Part shown: in pieces, positions 51,284-64,000 of the stretch
Layout of the letters: every line of letters begins with the position of its first letter
Position numbering within the stretch: the stretch's first letter is position 1
NCBI RefSeq assembly: GCF_000002075.1
Contig: NW_004797276.1
Coordinates: forward strand, 202,621-266,620
Direction: 5' to 3'
DNA from: Aplysia californica
Taxonomy: Eukaryota
Length of the DNA: 64,000 bases
The notes under the pieces: generated by a model
The model's input: the letters and a program-made list of their open reading frames with translations, nothing else
Database searches by the model: none
What the model was told of the DNA's origin: nothing
Program-made: the position numbers and the translations under genes

Positions 51284-52959
51284 TTAAATAATGTTAACTT
51301 CCTCATTCCCAAATTTTCTCAATATCCCTATAATTTCGAACCACTTGAAAATATAAGTCAATAAGTGAAAATTGCTTAGTTTTTCCTCTCATTTTATTGT
51401 ATACATCTAGCAAGAGTGGGCCATGGTCTGCAAAACTAGATGTATTTATTGATCACTTGAAACAATAAAGTAATACAAGCAAATTTGATACCGATGTAAT
51501 AATAGATAATAGATAGCATTTGTATAGCGCATAACCCCGCTCGAAAGCAAGCTCTATGCGCTTTACACTATATTATATGTACACTTTTTTAGTTCCCAAA
51601 TAAAAATCCCCACTGTGCTTGGGGCTTAATCTCTGAACAGAAGAATTAAAGCTGAATGATTATATAGTGGTGCGTACATTAGTGTCGTACAGGCAGCCTG
51701 GTTTGACAAATCCTTTTAACTCCCAGGACACTCATTATATGGCACAAAGCTAAGAAAGTACACATTTTTGTGATGTACCACGTACATCATAAGGCAACAA
51801 CGGGGTTCATTGAAGTTTCCTGATGAGCAAGTGTTGAATGGAACATTCCTCAGGGCCATGACTGAGGCCACTTTCAGGACAAATGATAATAGCCAGTGTA
51901 TACCCATGCTTCTGAGTCTGCAATATCTGCTCAGTTAATGATGAAGAGATTTCCTTGAGATACTACTTGTGTAGTACATCCAGACTTGATAAACCTAAGT
52001 CAGATATATTTCTGGGTCAAACTGAACGTGCCTTTACTTGAAACCTCTAAGGAAAACATGTCACATGAACATGTGGGGAAAAGTTACTCTTGCCTTCTGA
52101 ATAAATGACTATGATATGTGTGAGTCTCCTTTTTCTGTTGAATCGTTATTTCTTTCAAGGGAGGAGTGTTCAACTGTGCAGTCTTACTTTTGCGGCTGCT
52201 TGTTGACATAATTACCATGATACATTTGCTCATGTGATCATTCCATATGGAGGCCAAAATCTACAGGAGCCAATTTCCAGTCTATAAATGTGGATCATTG
52301 AAAATGACTATGTGACTTCATGTAGTATTGCAAGCCTGATTTGAGGGAAAGTGTACATTGGTTTTATGGTTCTTTCTTTTTTTATGATCAAATCCACAAA
52401 TGTAGACATTTCTGAAGTGTATAATGAAGTCGGCGAGAGCTGAAAGAATAGAGCCTGAAGTATATAATATATATCACATTCCTGTATGCATACCTGAAAA
52501 GACAGCCACAATCTCGTTCTTTATTCAGCCAATTCACCTTTTATTTGTTTTGATACTGTGGATTATTTATTTCAATTTATGTATTGTTTATTTTATGTTG
52601 TGGGCTGATGTCTATCTATTTGCTGTTGTTCTTTTCTTACTTGTTTGTTTTTGCTTTTCGGGGGGAGGGTCGTCAATGTGTCTGCTCATAGCATTGATTG
52701 TTTTGTTTTGTTTTTAATTTGGTAGATTTTAAAAACAAGCTTGCTAGATTGTCCATGAAAGACAGGTTGTTATATTTCTAAACTGAAAAATACACAACAC
52801 CTTTCTGACATCCACTTAAAACAGCTTTTAAATCAATGGAAAATAAAGTATATGTCAATTCTGTTTTATATCAATAGTTCTGACTGCGTTTCAGTGCACA
52901 AAACCAGCCCATTGTTTACTTATTTACTTACTCAGCACAGTAACGTGGAGTGTGAAATA

Positions 52960-53141
52960 CAGTCGAGGAAATTGTCCGAAAAGCCACCTATTGTTGAGGA
53001 GAAAAGTGGTTGTCTAAAACGAGTAGATGTTTTGGACAGTGTCACTTTGATGTCTAAAAAATGCTAAGCCGGGAGAGTGGGAAGTAGTCATTTGTACTAG
53101 TGATTGTCTTGGACAGGTAGCCTTCAGAGTAGGTTCAACTG
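52960..53141. mobile_element. Short decayed Tc1/mariner-type MITE
   Basis: ta-cagtcga .. ttcaactg-ta. Confidence 0.5.
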
Positions 53142-54106
53142 TAATTAGAACTTACCCCTGGCTTTGAATCAAAACTGTCATGGATGTACTATGTATTTTG
53201 ACTAAATGATGAAGCTTTAAAAAATTTTAAAAGTTGGCTTTCAAATCTACAAAGTACACAGACAAGCAGATCATGCTTTCATAGAGATAGAAACAATAGC
53301 CAGGATTATGCAAATGGGAGGGTAAAGCAACAATCAAAGGGGCCTATTTTTNNNNNNNNNNNNNNNNNNNNNNNNNNNNNNNNNNNNNNNNNNNNNNNNN
53401 NNNNNNNNNNNNNNNNNNNNNNNNNNNNNNNNNNNNNNNNNNNNNNNNNNNNNNNNNNNNNNNNNNNNNNNNNNNNNNNNNNNNNNNNNNNNNNNNNNNN
53501 NNNNNNNNNNNNNNNNNNNNNNNNNNNNNNNNNNNNNNNNNNNNNNNNNNNNNNNNNNNNNNNNNNNNNNNNNNNNNNNNNNNNCTGTCTCAATGTATTT
53601 TTCTTTTTCTTGTGGGGTTTTTTTTCATGTGAAAGTGTCACTTTTTCTAAGTTTGATTTTATGAGTAGTGTTATATTAGGTAAATGAGTAGTCGATGAGC
53701 AGTTGTTTTGAGCTTTGCTTAATTTCTATGCGTAATTAATGAATCTGCATGTTGGAAATGCCTAACAAAAGTGTTTCATTTTCAGACACAGTAAAAATAT
53801 CCAAGTTGTCTCCCTGAAGTTAGAAGTAACATGTCAAGTAATCCAGTTTGATATTTTCAGTTGTCTGAGAACCCCTTCGGTGGATGATTGAGAATTCCAC
53901 TGGTAGGTCCTATTTCTTTATGGTACATGTATCAGGGGTTGTTTTTTTTTCTTTCTGTCTGTTTGCTCTTTTCCATAACTAGATGACCACCTATTTGTCT
54001 ATGTGCCTCTCTTTATAATAAGAAACAAGAACCCATGGTCTTTTCTTTTTTACCACACTATGTTTTTATTTATTTTGAAACTGTCAGTCAGCACAACCTT
54101 GCTACC

Positions 54107-54289
54107 AGTGGGTGGTTGGCGGGTGCTCTAGTCTGGTTTGCTTCTTCTTTCCTGTCGAACATCTATTGTCCTTATCTCCCCTTCTCCTTTTTTATGTTTG
54201 TTACTCTCTTGTAACACCTCTAATCTTCTGGCGCTTATACAACTTTATGCAGTTGCGAGCGCCGTAAAACGTCTACTAAAACTAAACTA
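54107..54289 (+). mobile_element. ~185-bp retroposon family copy
   Basis: 12-bp TSD aaccttgc(t/c)acc. Confidence 0.86.
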
Positions 54290-57200
54290 AACCTTGCCAC
54301 CCAAATAATGAATTCATGGCTATACTTTGAATGACTCCAGTGAATACTTTTTCAACCTGCAATAAAGTGTATTCTAGTCACAGAGTGTCATCTGCTGAAT
54401 GAAATATTCAGGCTTGATTATATCAATATTCATAATCTTCTATATATTTTTTTGATTTCGCAACAGGTTCCAAAATAACTTCAGTTTTATATGTCAAAAC
54501 CATTCTGAAAAAGTATTACATTGCAACATGTGGTAATTTTTTCAAACTTTGAATCATTATGCTTTGCTGGCTTTTATGCAGTCTAAAGTGCATGTTACCT
54601 CTTATTTTCATGTTGATTAGATTATCAGATAAAACACAAGCACAAAAAAGTTGATCTAACTTTTAAAATCTCTTAAATTACTCCAGTGAGAGTACCATCC
54701 TCGTACTAGATGAAATATCAGAAACATGGATGATATTGTTCAACTTCAAACATAAATGCAGGGCTAATAAGCATCTAATTAAAATAGTAGTTACTTTGAA
54801 CCCCTGTACAGTTTTCATTCTTGTAATCTATATGTTTTGAGTATCTTTAGTGGGCCTAATGGGTATGGCATTCATATCAAACCTTGTAGGAGACATCAAC
54901 TGTACAATATAGCAAAAACAAGTACAATAAAATTTGGACTTTGTTGATCGGTTTCCTATTTGATATTGTGCATTTTATTATTTCTTGCCATAGAAAGCCT
55001 GATTTTTATACAAATTCGGTTTTTATGTTGTCACTTATGGAGAAAAAGAAGCACTCCGTTGTGCTCATATTTTGAGAATTGCTCATATGTGTGTACCTTA
55101 AAATAATTTTTCTCAAGTGTATATTTTGTGATAGGTGTGCTTATATGCAGAGTTGGATGAAATGTACTATCATTTTGATATCCACAGCTATCATAAGAGA
55201 ACATTGTCATCTATTGAAAGATGCCGGACTATGGATTGTATGTTGTTCCAAAGGATAAAATGTCAAATAAATGTACTGGCGACAATGTTATTTCAGTAAT
55301 AAGTCTTGCCATTTTGAAAGATGTACAGTGCATCTGAATTTACCTCAGCTGTGTAGTATGTAAAGTCAATGCTGGGTGTTGGCTTCTTTTCACCTCATGG
55401 AGATTATCTCCCATAATGGTCACCCAATACCGAATTGTGATCTGCTAGTTTGCATTTGCCTCAAGATAGGATAGAACCTTTTGAAAGCATGATCTCTTTA
55501 AATAATATTCAGTTCTTCCTGATTTCCTTACTTTTTGGAAGGTTCAACGCCTAATTCAACTGAAAATGGTGGTTGCTTGATTAAAAGTTCTGAACTTGCA
55601 ACTGCAACTCTGGTGGTGAACAAAATCAGTTACGCATCAGTCAGTAGCAAATTCATAATGATCAGGAACAGTTGCTGCCCAGTCATCCTTTCTTTATTGT
55701 GTCCTGAAATTAGGTTTCTCTTTGCACCTAAATGGCTTTGTTTGACTGAGTTTTCTTTCATGACAACGGTGGCGTTGGTGGCCTAGTAGTTAGGCTGCAA
55801 GACCTGTCATCATGGTGGTTTTTTGTTTCGAAACTCAGCTCAGTCTGATGTTGTGTCCTTGGGGAAGGCACTTTATATGGATTTCTTATTTTGTGAGGTC
55901 CTTTCAGAGATTGACGTTTAATTCGGAGATCCGGCCTCTTAAATAAGTAATAGTGTTGATAGAGGCATTCAATCTATACCATTTCACATCTCACATTTCC
56001 TGACCAAATAAAATGCAGTGAATGCTGAATTGGAACCCTTGAACAGTTGAATGAAGTTTTTGTTTCAGTCTGCTGCTTTCTATGCTTCGCTAAAGATTTT
56101 GCGTTTTTGCTGCCATTCAGTCAAATTTATATTGCCCTATTTATGTTGTACAGCCGCTAAAATAACATTCACTCTATGTTAATACATATTAATTTGATAG
56201 TGGTGCAATGACCACTGGAAGTAATCGCAGTTGTAGCAAAATCGGTAGTTCCAAAAAAGTAGCCAAAACGGGTTTGGTATTCATTAACTTTAGTATCTGA
56301 AGAGTCATCAATTTCCGGTTCAAAAACAAAGACAAAGATGTTGATTATGATTAACTTACTTTCGGCTATAAATCTGTACTAATCTGCTTAAAAATCCACG
56401 CCCAAAAGCAAGTACGGAAAACTAATTTGGTCAAAATTAAAGTTTTACTTTTGTGACAACTTTAAATGTATTTTTTAAAAATTTCCTCCACGATTTCAAA
56501 AGTAGATTTTTGATATGTTAATACACCTATTAATTATCTGTAGAACCACGCAATTTTTATATTTGTTGCTATTTTTTAAAGAGTACCATTATCTTTCTCC
56601 CAGTGTAAGGACTGTTGTTAACCAAAATGCATATTTATCAAAATGTATTATGTTGCATCCATCCTTCACAGCCCACCTTTCTTATTTACCTTTTGCAGGA
56701 ATTTTTTTGCTTATGTGTATTATTAATACTTTATTCATTGAATCAGTGTTTAGCGATGTGGTCATTTTTGTTCTTTTGTACTTTGACAGACATTTATAGA
56801 CTATTGACATGTTTGTAATCTAGATAAGGAGCCAATCATTAAACTCTAAAAATGTATGCGCAATTTATGTTACAATTATAATAGTGTTTTTATTTTTAGG
56901 GAAGTGTGTTCAACAGCTATATATAGTAGCAATGTGAAAAGCTTTTTTTGTTTGACCTATTTAGCAAAACTGTCAGTTCAATATACGCTTTTTTTTGTTA
57001 GAAAACCATTTTTTTCTAATAACTTTGATTATGAAGCTTTTTGAATGATTTTATATATATTTTTATTATTTCTTGCCAGCCAAGTCACCTGGGTTTTTTT
57101 TCTAAAATTGTGTGCTAACTGCTTTTTTACATCCTGTGATACCACCGCGCCGTGACACATATTTACTTTTTTCAGACTGGAGAGCATTTTTTCTCCCTCT

Positions 57201-58263
57201 ATTGGCTCTTTGACATAGAAAAACTTAAACAAAATCTAAACAATCATTCAGTCAGTCAGATGCATCAGCTGGACAGCTGGTGATTAAGTTAGTATGCTTT
57301 GCTAATATCCTTTGCTGAAGATTACACTTAATACTTTACAAAGATATAATACTGAATTGTAGATTTATTATCTAATATGATTTTTTATTAAATCCCTGTA
57401 TTTTTTAATGACTGCAACAGGCTTTATTTTGACCACCTGTCATTCTGAAATTTTACTGTAAAATAAAAATAGATACCATCTTGATCTGCACCCTTTTGCT
57501 TTCGAAAATCAGACACAAAATGGTTTACTATTTTTTAACTTATCAAACAAATTGGCATGAAGTAGACTTGCGCTGTTTACACCAAAGGGTACAGAAGTCA
57601 GTGTCGTCCATACTTTTGAAAAAGCAGAGAGTTTTTCTAGATGAAATATGTTACATTTTGTCTCTTTTTATTAACCAGAGCTCTGTTGAAATGAAATCAT
57701 CCTGAATTTGATTTTTTTTTTTTTTTCAATTTCTTTGGCAAATTCCATCAAATGATTTCTACACAAAAGTGCAGGTGCATAGTTTTATATGCCCCCAGCC
57801 TCTTTCCTGTACTTAGTGTCCAGTGTTTGTCAAGTGTTGTTGAACTGTTTCCAATCAAAAAGTATTCAACTGCTGAAGTTTCTTTATTATGGGGAATTAT
57901 TATTGACGAATTAAAAAAATCTATTCTCTTTTTATATGGTCTCTCTTTCCCCGGTGTTCTGGTGCTCATCCGATGCACAATGATGTATTTCTCAGTCCAA
58001 ACGATTGGGTGGCACAGTTGTGTATACAGACACCCAAACACAAATTCACAAATATACATCATCTTATGTACAAATATTTTTTTCAGTCATTAAAAAAATG
58101 AATGAAAAAAATACTTTCTCCCAGAGTAGAGGGTTTTTTTCCTGCCCTATTCCTTCATAAAGCATTGGGAAAGGGCATCGGTTGCCCCTTTCTTAGAATG
58201 CTTTTATGGTTTTTCTTTTTTCGAAGTAGTAAAGAAAGATATCATATCCACACATTGTAGCAT

Positions 58264-58803
58264 GGCCGTCGTTATTCGGACTTGAGTCCGAATAACATTT
58301 TTTCATATTCGGACTCGAGTCCGAATAAAAACATGCTTCCAATTTTCCGCCATTTTTTATTTCCCCCCACACCTTATCTGCCGATCGTGTTTGCGACGTT
58401 CAAAGCCCGGACCGATAGTGCCCCCCCCCCCCCCACCACCCTCCCCGACACGCACACAGCCACACGTGTGCAGGCCGCCCATCCGACCCCGACACACGCT
58501 AACGAGCCATCTTTATTAATTGCTTCTGATGACCTCTTGACAAATAAACATTTATTAGAAGCGCTATAACTTTTCAGGCCGGCCTCAAATTCATCATAAG
58601 ATTAAAACTCGGCTCCTGCACAAAACGCCTTTTTGCCCGAAGTGATCCCGTTCTCTACCCAGCCTGAGGCGAGTCACGAGTGAGGCAGGACAGGAAGCCG
58701 GATTCACGAGTCACAGGAAGTCGGAAGTGATGTCATGCTGGACAAGAATCAGAGTCCGAATAACATTTTTTCATATTCGGACTCGAGTCCGAATAATCAC
58801 TTC
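58264..58803 (-). mobile_element. Palindrome-ended non-autonomous element, copy 2
   Basis: Two palindrome units at each end; inverted relative to copy 1. Confidence 0.72.
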
Positions 58804-60061
58804 GTTGTAGCATACTGATGGTATCCAGGGGAAAAGCCACAAAGTCCAGAAAAGCTAATTTTCCAAAAGACCCTAATGTATTCTTGCATTTACATCTGCA
58901 TGTATTCGGGGTTTTTTCAATTCCATTGGGACAACAAGGATGTTTCTGTATAAATTCTTGGGGGAAGAAATATGTGCCTCTTATATTGAGCTGTATTTTA
59001 CTCAATTATTTAAGAATCTACACAAAATTTTTGAGAATCTCAGCACTGATTTTTTTGGTCTGATACATGATTACATTATGAATATCTTAGTAATAGTAAT
59101 AGTAATGGTAACCTGTTTACTTTATGGAAGGAATGATTTGTGACAATACCGCAACCCACCTGAAAGTGGAAGAGAAAAATTCTCTCTTAATTAAAATCAT
59201 AATGTTGGAAATAGAACTATTAGACCAACAAAAACCTTGCATATGAAAGGAAAAAATGTATAAGCACTTGTGCATATCAATGGTATTGATTGCAAAGAGA
59301 CCAACTAAAGAAAAGCTCAATTTTCTGGAGTCAATCTCCATTTTTCAACAAACAAGAATGTAATATGAGAACTTAGTACAAGTAATTGTGTTCCTTCTGT
59401 GTAGGTTTGGAGTTAACAACTGTGACCTCATACTTTCTTGAGTTTTGATATTTTGAAGTGACCCTTGTTATTACCAATATTTTTTTCCATAACCTGTAAG
59501 TTATGAACTATATACATGTACATTTTGGGTGCAGGTTAATGTGTGTATTTTAAAACAAATATAGGTCTATATTATTCTCTGTACTGAACTTAGTTTTTTG
59601 TTTCTTTTTATGTGCTTATTTATTTTGTTAGTTATTTATTCATTTTGTCTTTGGACGTAATAAAGAATAAACAAAAGCTACATTGTTGTGGACTGTAACT
59701 CGTACTTATTTGAAGAAGTAATACCAGATAAAAACTAGGTTTCTTGTTGTCAGCGTGAGACAAATTGAACGAGAGCTAGCAATTATTCTGACGCAGATTG
59801 GTCATTACAGTGCATGTTTTTTGTATTTCGAAATTCTGTATAAGTTTCACCTTTGGGTGGTTGTCTGTCTGTCTATATGTCTGTTTGTGTCTGTCTGTGT
59901 GTATCTGTGTATGTGTGTGTGTGTGTGTGTGCGTGCTTGCGTTCATGCGAGTGTTGTCCGTCCATTCTGCTCTCACCATTCACTCCACTGGAAAGGTTCA
60001 ATAAGAATGCACGTATGTAACTTGCGGTGTTCAGTACCTCCAACAAGTTTTAAGAACGACT

Positions 60062-60470
60062 GGGTGGGTGGTTGGCGGGTGCTCTGGTGTGGTTTAATTG
60101 CTTGTTCTTTCCTATCAAACATCTATCGTCCTTATCTCCCCTTCTCCTTTTTTGTGTTTGTTACTCTCTTGTAACGCCTCTAATCTTCTGACGCTCATAT
60201 GACCTTATGCAGTTGCGAGCGGCGTAAAACCTGTACTAAAACTAAGAACCGCTAGTGTAGTGGGACACACAACTACGTAGTGGGGTTAACAGGTTCTTGG
60301 CGGGTGCTCTGCTATGGCTAGCTCCTTCTTTCCTATCAAACATCTATGGTCCTGATCTCTCCTCCTTATTTTTGTGTGCCTTATACTCTCTTGTAAAACC
60401 TCTAATCTTCGGCACTTATATGACCATATTGTGTTGCAAGTGCCGTAAAACTTAAGCTACTAAAACAACA
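60062..60470 (+). mobile_element. Two tandem copies of the ~185-bp retroposon (60062-60245, 60298-60470)
   Basis: Same consensus; the first copy is flanked by taagaac. Confidence 0.82.
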
Positions 60471-60573
60471 AAGCTATCGGTTTTACGGGTTTTTGTAGTG
60501 ATCTCGAGTTACGCTCCTTTTGGTGTGGATAGCTGAATAGGCGGATGACTTCATGAGGTGCTTGTGTGTGTGT

Positions 60574-60619
<46 letters not shown>

Positions 60620-61274
60620 ATTTTCAATTCTCAATAGTTCAAGGAAGTATAATATACGATCGTGAAAAATTATGATGTAAAGTGCCTCTGTACCACCCAT
60701 AGGAACTGTTGTTTGTGTCCTTATCTCGATTGTGTTGGCCGAGTGTCGACTCGATCTTTCAAAACACAGACCTTTGAAACCTTTAAACATTAAATTATAT
60801 AAAGGTCAGCCTTCAAATAGCCTTTGCGTGTCATCTAGCACGTAAATTGATAAAAACCCTTACGTACTTTGAGTCAAAATAGTTGATGAGGTTATGAAAC
60901 TTTGAGCAGGCACACGAGAGAGAGAGAGAGAGAGAGAGGGGGGGTGGGGGGGGGTGGGGGGGGGAGAAGGAGAGAGAAAAAGGGGGGGGGGGTAGCAAAA
61001 GATGGAGAAGATGCAAAAGAAGGAATTGCTGAAAACTCTTAAAAGGAAGAGAAGGTGTATAAGATAAGGAGAGGAAGGTCGAAGGGAAAAAAATAAAAAA
61101 TAAAAAACCCAACCCCAAAAACAAACAGATTGGACTCAGCAAGGGTGAGAGCGCCCCAGAATGGAACTGTGTGCATACGTGCCCTTGTACATGGATGTGC
61201 ATACAAATTCATTATTGATCTGAGCTCCCCTCGAATCCAATAATTCTACTTGAGTTACTCCACAACTGGTTCAT

Positions 61275-61460
61275 GGGTGGCTGGCGGGCGCTCTGGTGTG
61301 GTTTGTCCCTTCTCTCCTATCAAACATCTATCGTCTTTGTCTTTCCTCCTTCTTGTCTTTGTATTTTCGTCTCTAGTAGTACCCCCAATCTTCGGTAGGC
61401 CTACTTATACGTATAGTATGACTTATTGTGATGAAAGTGCCGTAAAACTCCTACAGAAAA
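61275..61460 (+). mobile_element. ~185-bp retroposon family, diverged copy
   Basis: gggtggctggcgggcgctctggtgtgg..cctatcaaacatctatcgtc..gtgccgtaaaac. Confidence 0.75.
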
Positions 61461-61728
61461 ATCAATTATTTTAGTTTCGGTCAATCTGGTTTGCAACCGA
61501 GCAGCAGGTGGGCTGGGAAAGGAGACAACTCGCAAAATATATTTTCAGCCCTTGCGTGGATGTGTTTCCACACTACGCGATGGTTGTCAACTGGAATGTT
61601 ATTTCTACAGAGAGGAGGGGTGTGTGAATGGAATGGTATGGCAAATTCATTAAACACCAATTAAATATGCAATATATTTGAAAATCCAGTTGAGAATGTG
61701 TAATACTGTATTTACTGTAATTCGATAT

Positions 61729-63623
61729 AGGAGAGAGTGGGGAGAAGTGGGCCACCCCCGAGGAGCCAAATCTAGAGGTCTAGTGCAATTTTGCATATTA
61801 TAATTTTATAAAACTATCAAAAATATTGTTTCCAGCACAAGGAAGCAACCTTCTTTCTCTTTCAAGGCTGTTTGAGTGAATGAAGTGGAAAAGACATTTT
61901 TCTCAAGAAAAAGTTGAAATACTTGATTTTTGAAACTCGCAACTTTACCACAAAGAGGAGCAAAACAGGTCGGGTAAGTGTAACAATAGTTATAGAACTT
62001 ATCTAATTACTTATTTTTCGTTTGTTCTACATGTTGAAGAAAACATACATTTGAATAGTTAACTATCAATGGGGAGAAGTGGACCACCATCTGCCCAGTT
62101 CTCCCCACGTGTGGCCCACTTCTCCCTAGTTGTAGAAAAATAATCTTCAATACATTTCCATGCTATTTTAGTCATATTACCTATTTTGTTAGACTATAAG
62201 ATAAAGATAGAGGCTTAGTAGTATTGTAGTAGTCTACCATTCCGGAGTTTTCCCTAATTGGTACTCCAGTGTGACTCTGTGTACCTGCTTCTTTCTAGTC
62301 TTTTGGCATGAAGCAGCGTCCCGAAGACACGTATTAAATGCTTTTTTTTTCTTTTTTCCTATTTGATATCTCTATGGAAAATGCTACGTATCAAAGGAAG
62401 ACCGGCATAGGCACAGCCTTACCTGATACAACGAAAGATGCAGTGGCAGCTGTCACAAATGGAGTGCCTTTGAGGGAAGTCACATTCCTTCCGGCATTGC
62501 TCGCACTACCCTTCAAAACAATGTAAAGAAAACTCTTCAATGTGATGTTGAATTATGTCCAAACTACCAAATTATCGTCACAGTCAAGTATTTACAGTAG
62601 AACAGGAGGCTGAGTTGACGCAGTACATGTTGAAATGTGCCAAAGATCCTATGGTTTGACAACTGCTAACTGCAGAAAACTCATCTATTAAGTCGCTGTT
62701 GCAAATCACCTAAGACCTTTCGTACCCATCTTCATGAGATAATGCAAAATGTGCCGGAAAGGAGTGGCAGGTGGGCTTTCTTTGGAGACACCTGCAACTC
62801 GGTTTGCGACAACCATGGGCTACCTCAGTGGCAAGAGCCACAGCTTTCAACAGACATTCTGTGGGAACATTTTTCAACTTGTTGCACGCTCTTTCTTGAT
62901 AGTGACCTGGGTGCCTCTGGCTCAATCTTGACGAAACAGGAATAGTAACAGTTCAACAAGTCCCAAAAGTCATCGTACCTCGTGGTTCTTTGCAGTTGGG
63001 CTAGACAACATCAGCAGAGCGTGGCGTGGTGTGTGAATTCTCAACAAAAACCACCCAGTTTTGCTATATCGGGGTTGCTGTCAATGAAAGAGACGAAGAT
63101 GATGTTGGGTTTGATTTTTCCAGAAGAAAGGGCAAAAAGAACCCACACTTGGTTAAAAACAGCAGTGGAAGACATTTCATCATTCCATATTGACTCCGTC
63201 AGAGCCATTTTACCCCCATCCACATTCAGAATTCCGAGGTACTATTGTAAGAACCATAGAGGTGACATCTGTTTTCAGGATGACTTTGGACACTTTGGTG
63301 GTCTTAAATTGTGTTAAATTCCATATTTGTGTCGTTGTGAAGAGTCTATTTTTTCAGGTTTCGGTAGCCCTGGTAACAGATATCACCCGTGGCCCATTTC
63401 TCCCCTCCCATGGCCCATTTCTCCCCACGTGTATGTTCACTTCAGCACCCTATAAAACCATAATTTTAATTCCATCTCTGTTGTACTGCTTATAACTGTT
63501 TTTTAAACAGAAAAAAATGTTGTTTGGAAAAATATAAAGCATTTTTATCTTTTGTTATTTCATTTTTGAGTTATTTCGTCCCCCCCCCACCCCCACGGTG
63601 GCCCACTTCTCCCCACTCTCCCC
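61729..63623 (+). mobile_element. Decayed pogo/Tigger-like DNA transposon
   Basis: TIR gagagtggggagaagtgggccacc with internal copies. Broken HTH (AVAAVTNGVPLRE; QVFTVEQEAELTQYMLKC) and DDE_1 remnant (VTVQQVPKVI..TTSAERG). Confidence 0.87.
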
Positions 63624-64000
63624 ATACATGTAGGCCTATTGTATATGTCGACAATACCCCCACCCACCTCCCCTTTTTTCATTCCTTCTGCACCACGTAA
63701 TTGTCACTGATTTTCTGAATCAGCACATCACAAAAGGGCGTTTTGGATTAAATTTGTTTAAAGAGATTTGGATCGGTTCTGTAATTGGCATATACTGCAA
63801 GGCAAGAGCAAGACTAACAGACTGAAAACGACATAGGCGTAGTAACTTAGTTCATTAGGCCGTATTGGTGATTGATGATACATACTGATGTAGAGTCCGA
63901 CGTTAAACGTGTTTTGTATTACTAATTACGCTGGGCAATCTCAATGGCTAAGTTGTTATAATGTACAACTGTATGGATGATGCTGGTCTGAATTTCACGC

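Noticed and set aside
51300-59700. Additional protein-coding gene downstream of gene B
   Set aside because: No exon-like ORFs with recognisable motifs; AT-rich UTR or intergenic sequence with repeat fragments

Overview
Repeat-rich animal genomic DNA, probably an invertebrate (inferred from the intron style and the L2/RTE/Rex LINEs and MITEs), with five N gaps. The main content is two intact, divergently oriented (head-to-head) GALNT11/pgant35A-like polypeptide N-acetylgalactosaminyltransferase genes. Gene A is on the minus strand: 13 coding exons, 26602->12700, 607 aa. Gene B is on the plus strand: 12 coding exons, 33858->50084, 605 aa. I rebuilt both exon by exon with GT-AG sites and consistent phases. 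Between them are two mirror-image copies of a ~130-bp CRE/YY1/CCAAT module with a 36-bp identical core. Each copy points toward one gene and is followed by a TAGATC-rich array. Gene B has substitutions at normally conserved donor- and acceptor-binding positions and a degenerate lectin domain, which suggests functional divergence. The rest is transposon-derived: LINE fragments, a tRNA-SINE sharing an L2 tail, a decayed pogo element, many MITEs, and a ~185-bp headless retroposon whose 3' stem shows compensatory base changes. No prokaryote-type system (CRISPR etc.) is present. All alignments were done by eye; no database searches were run.
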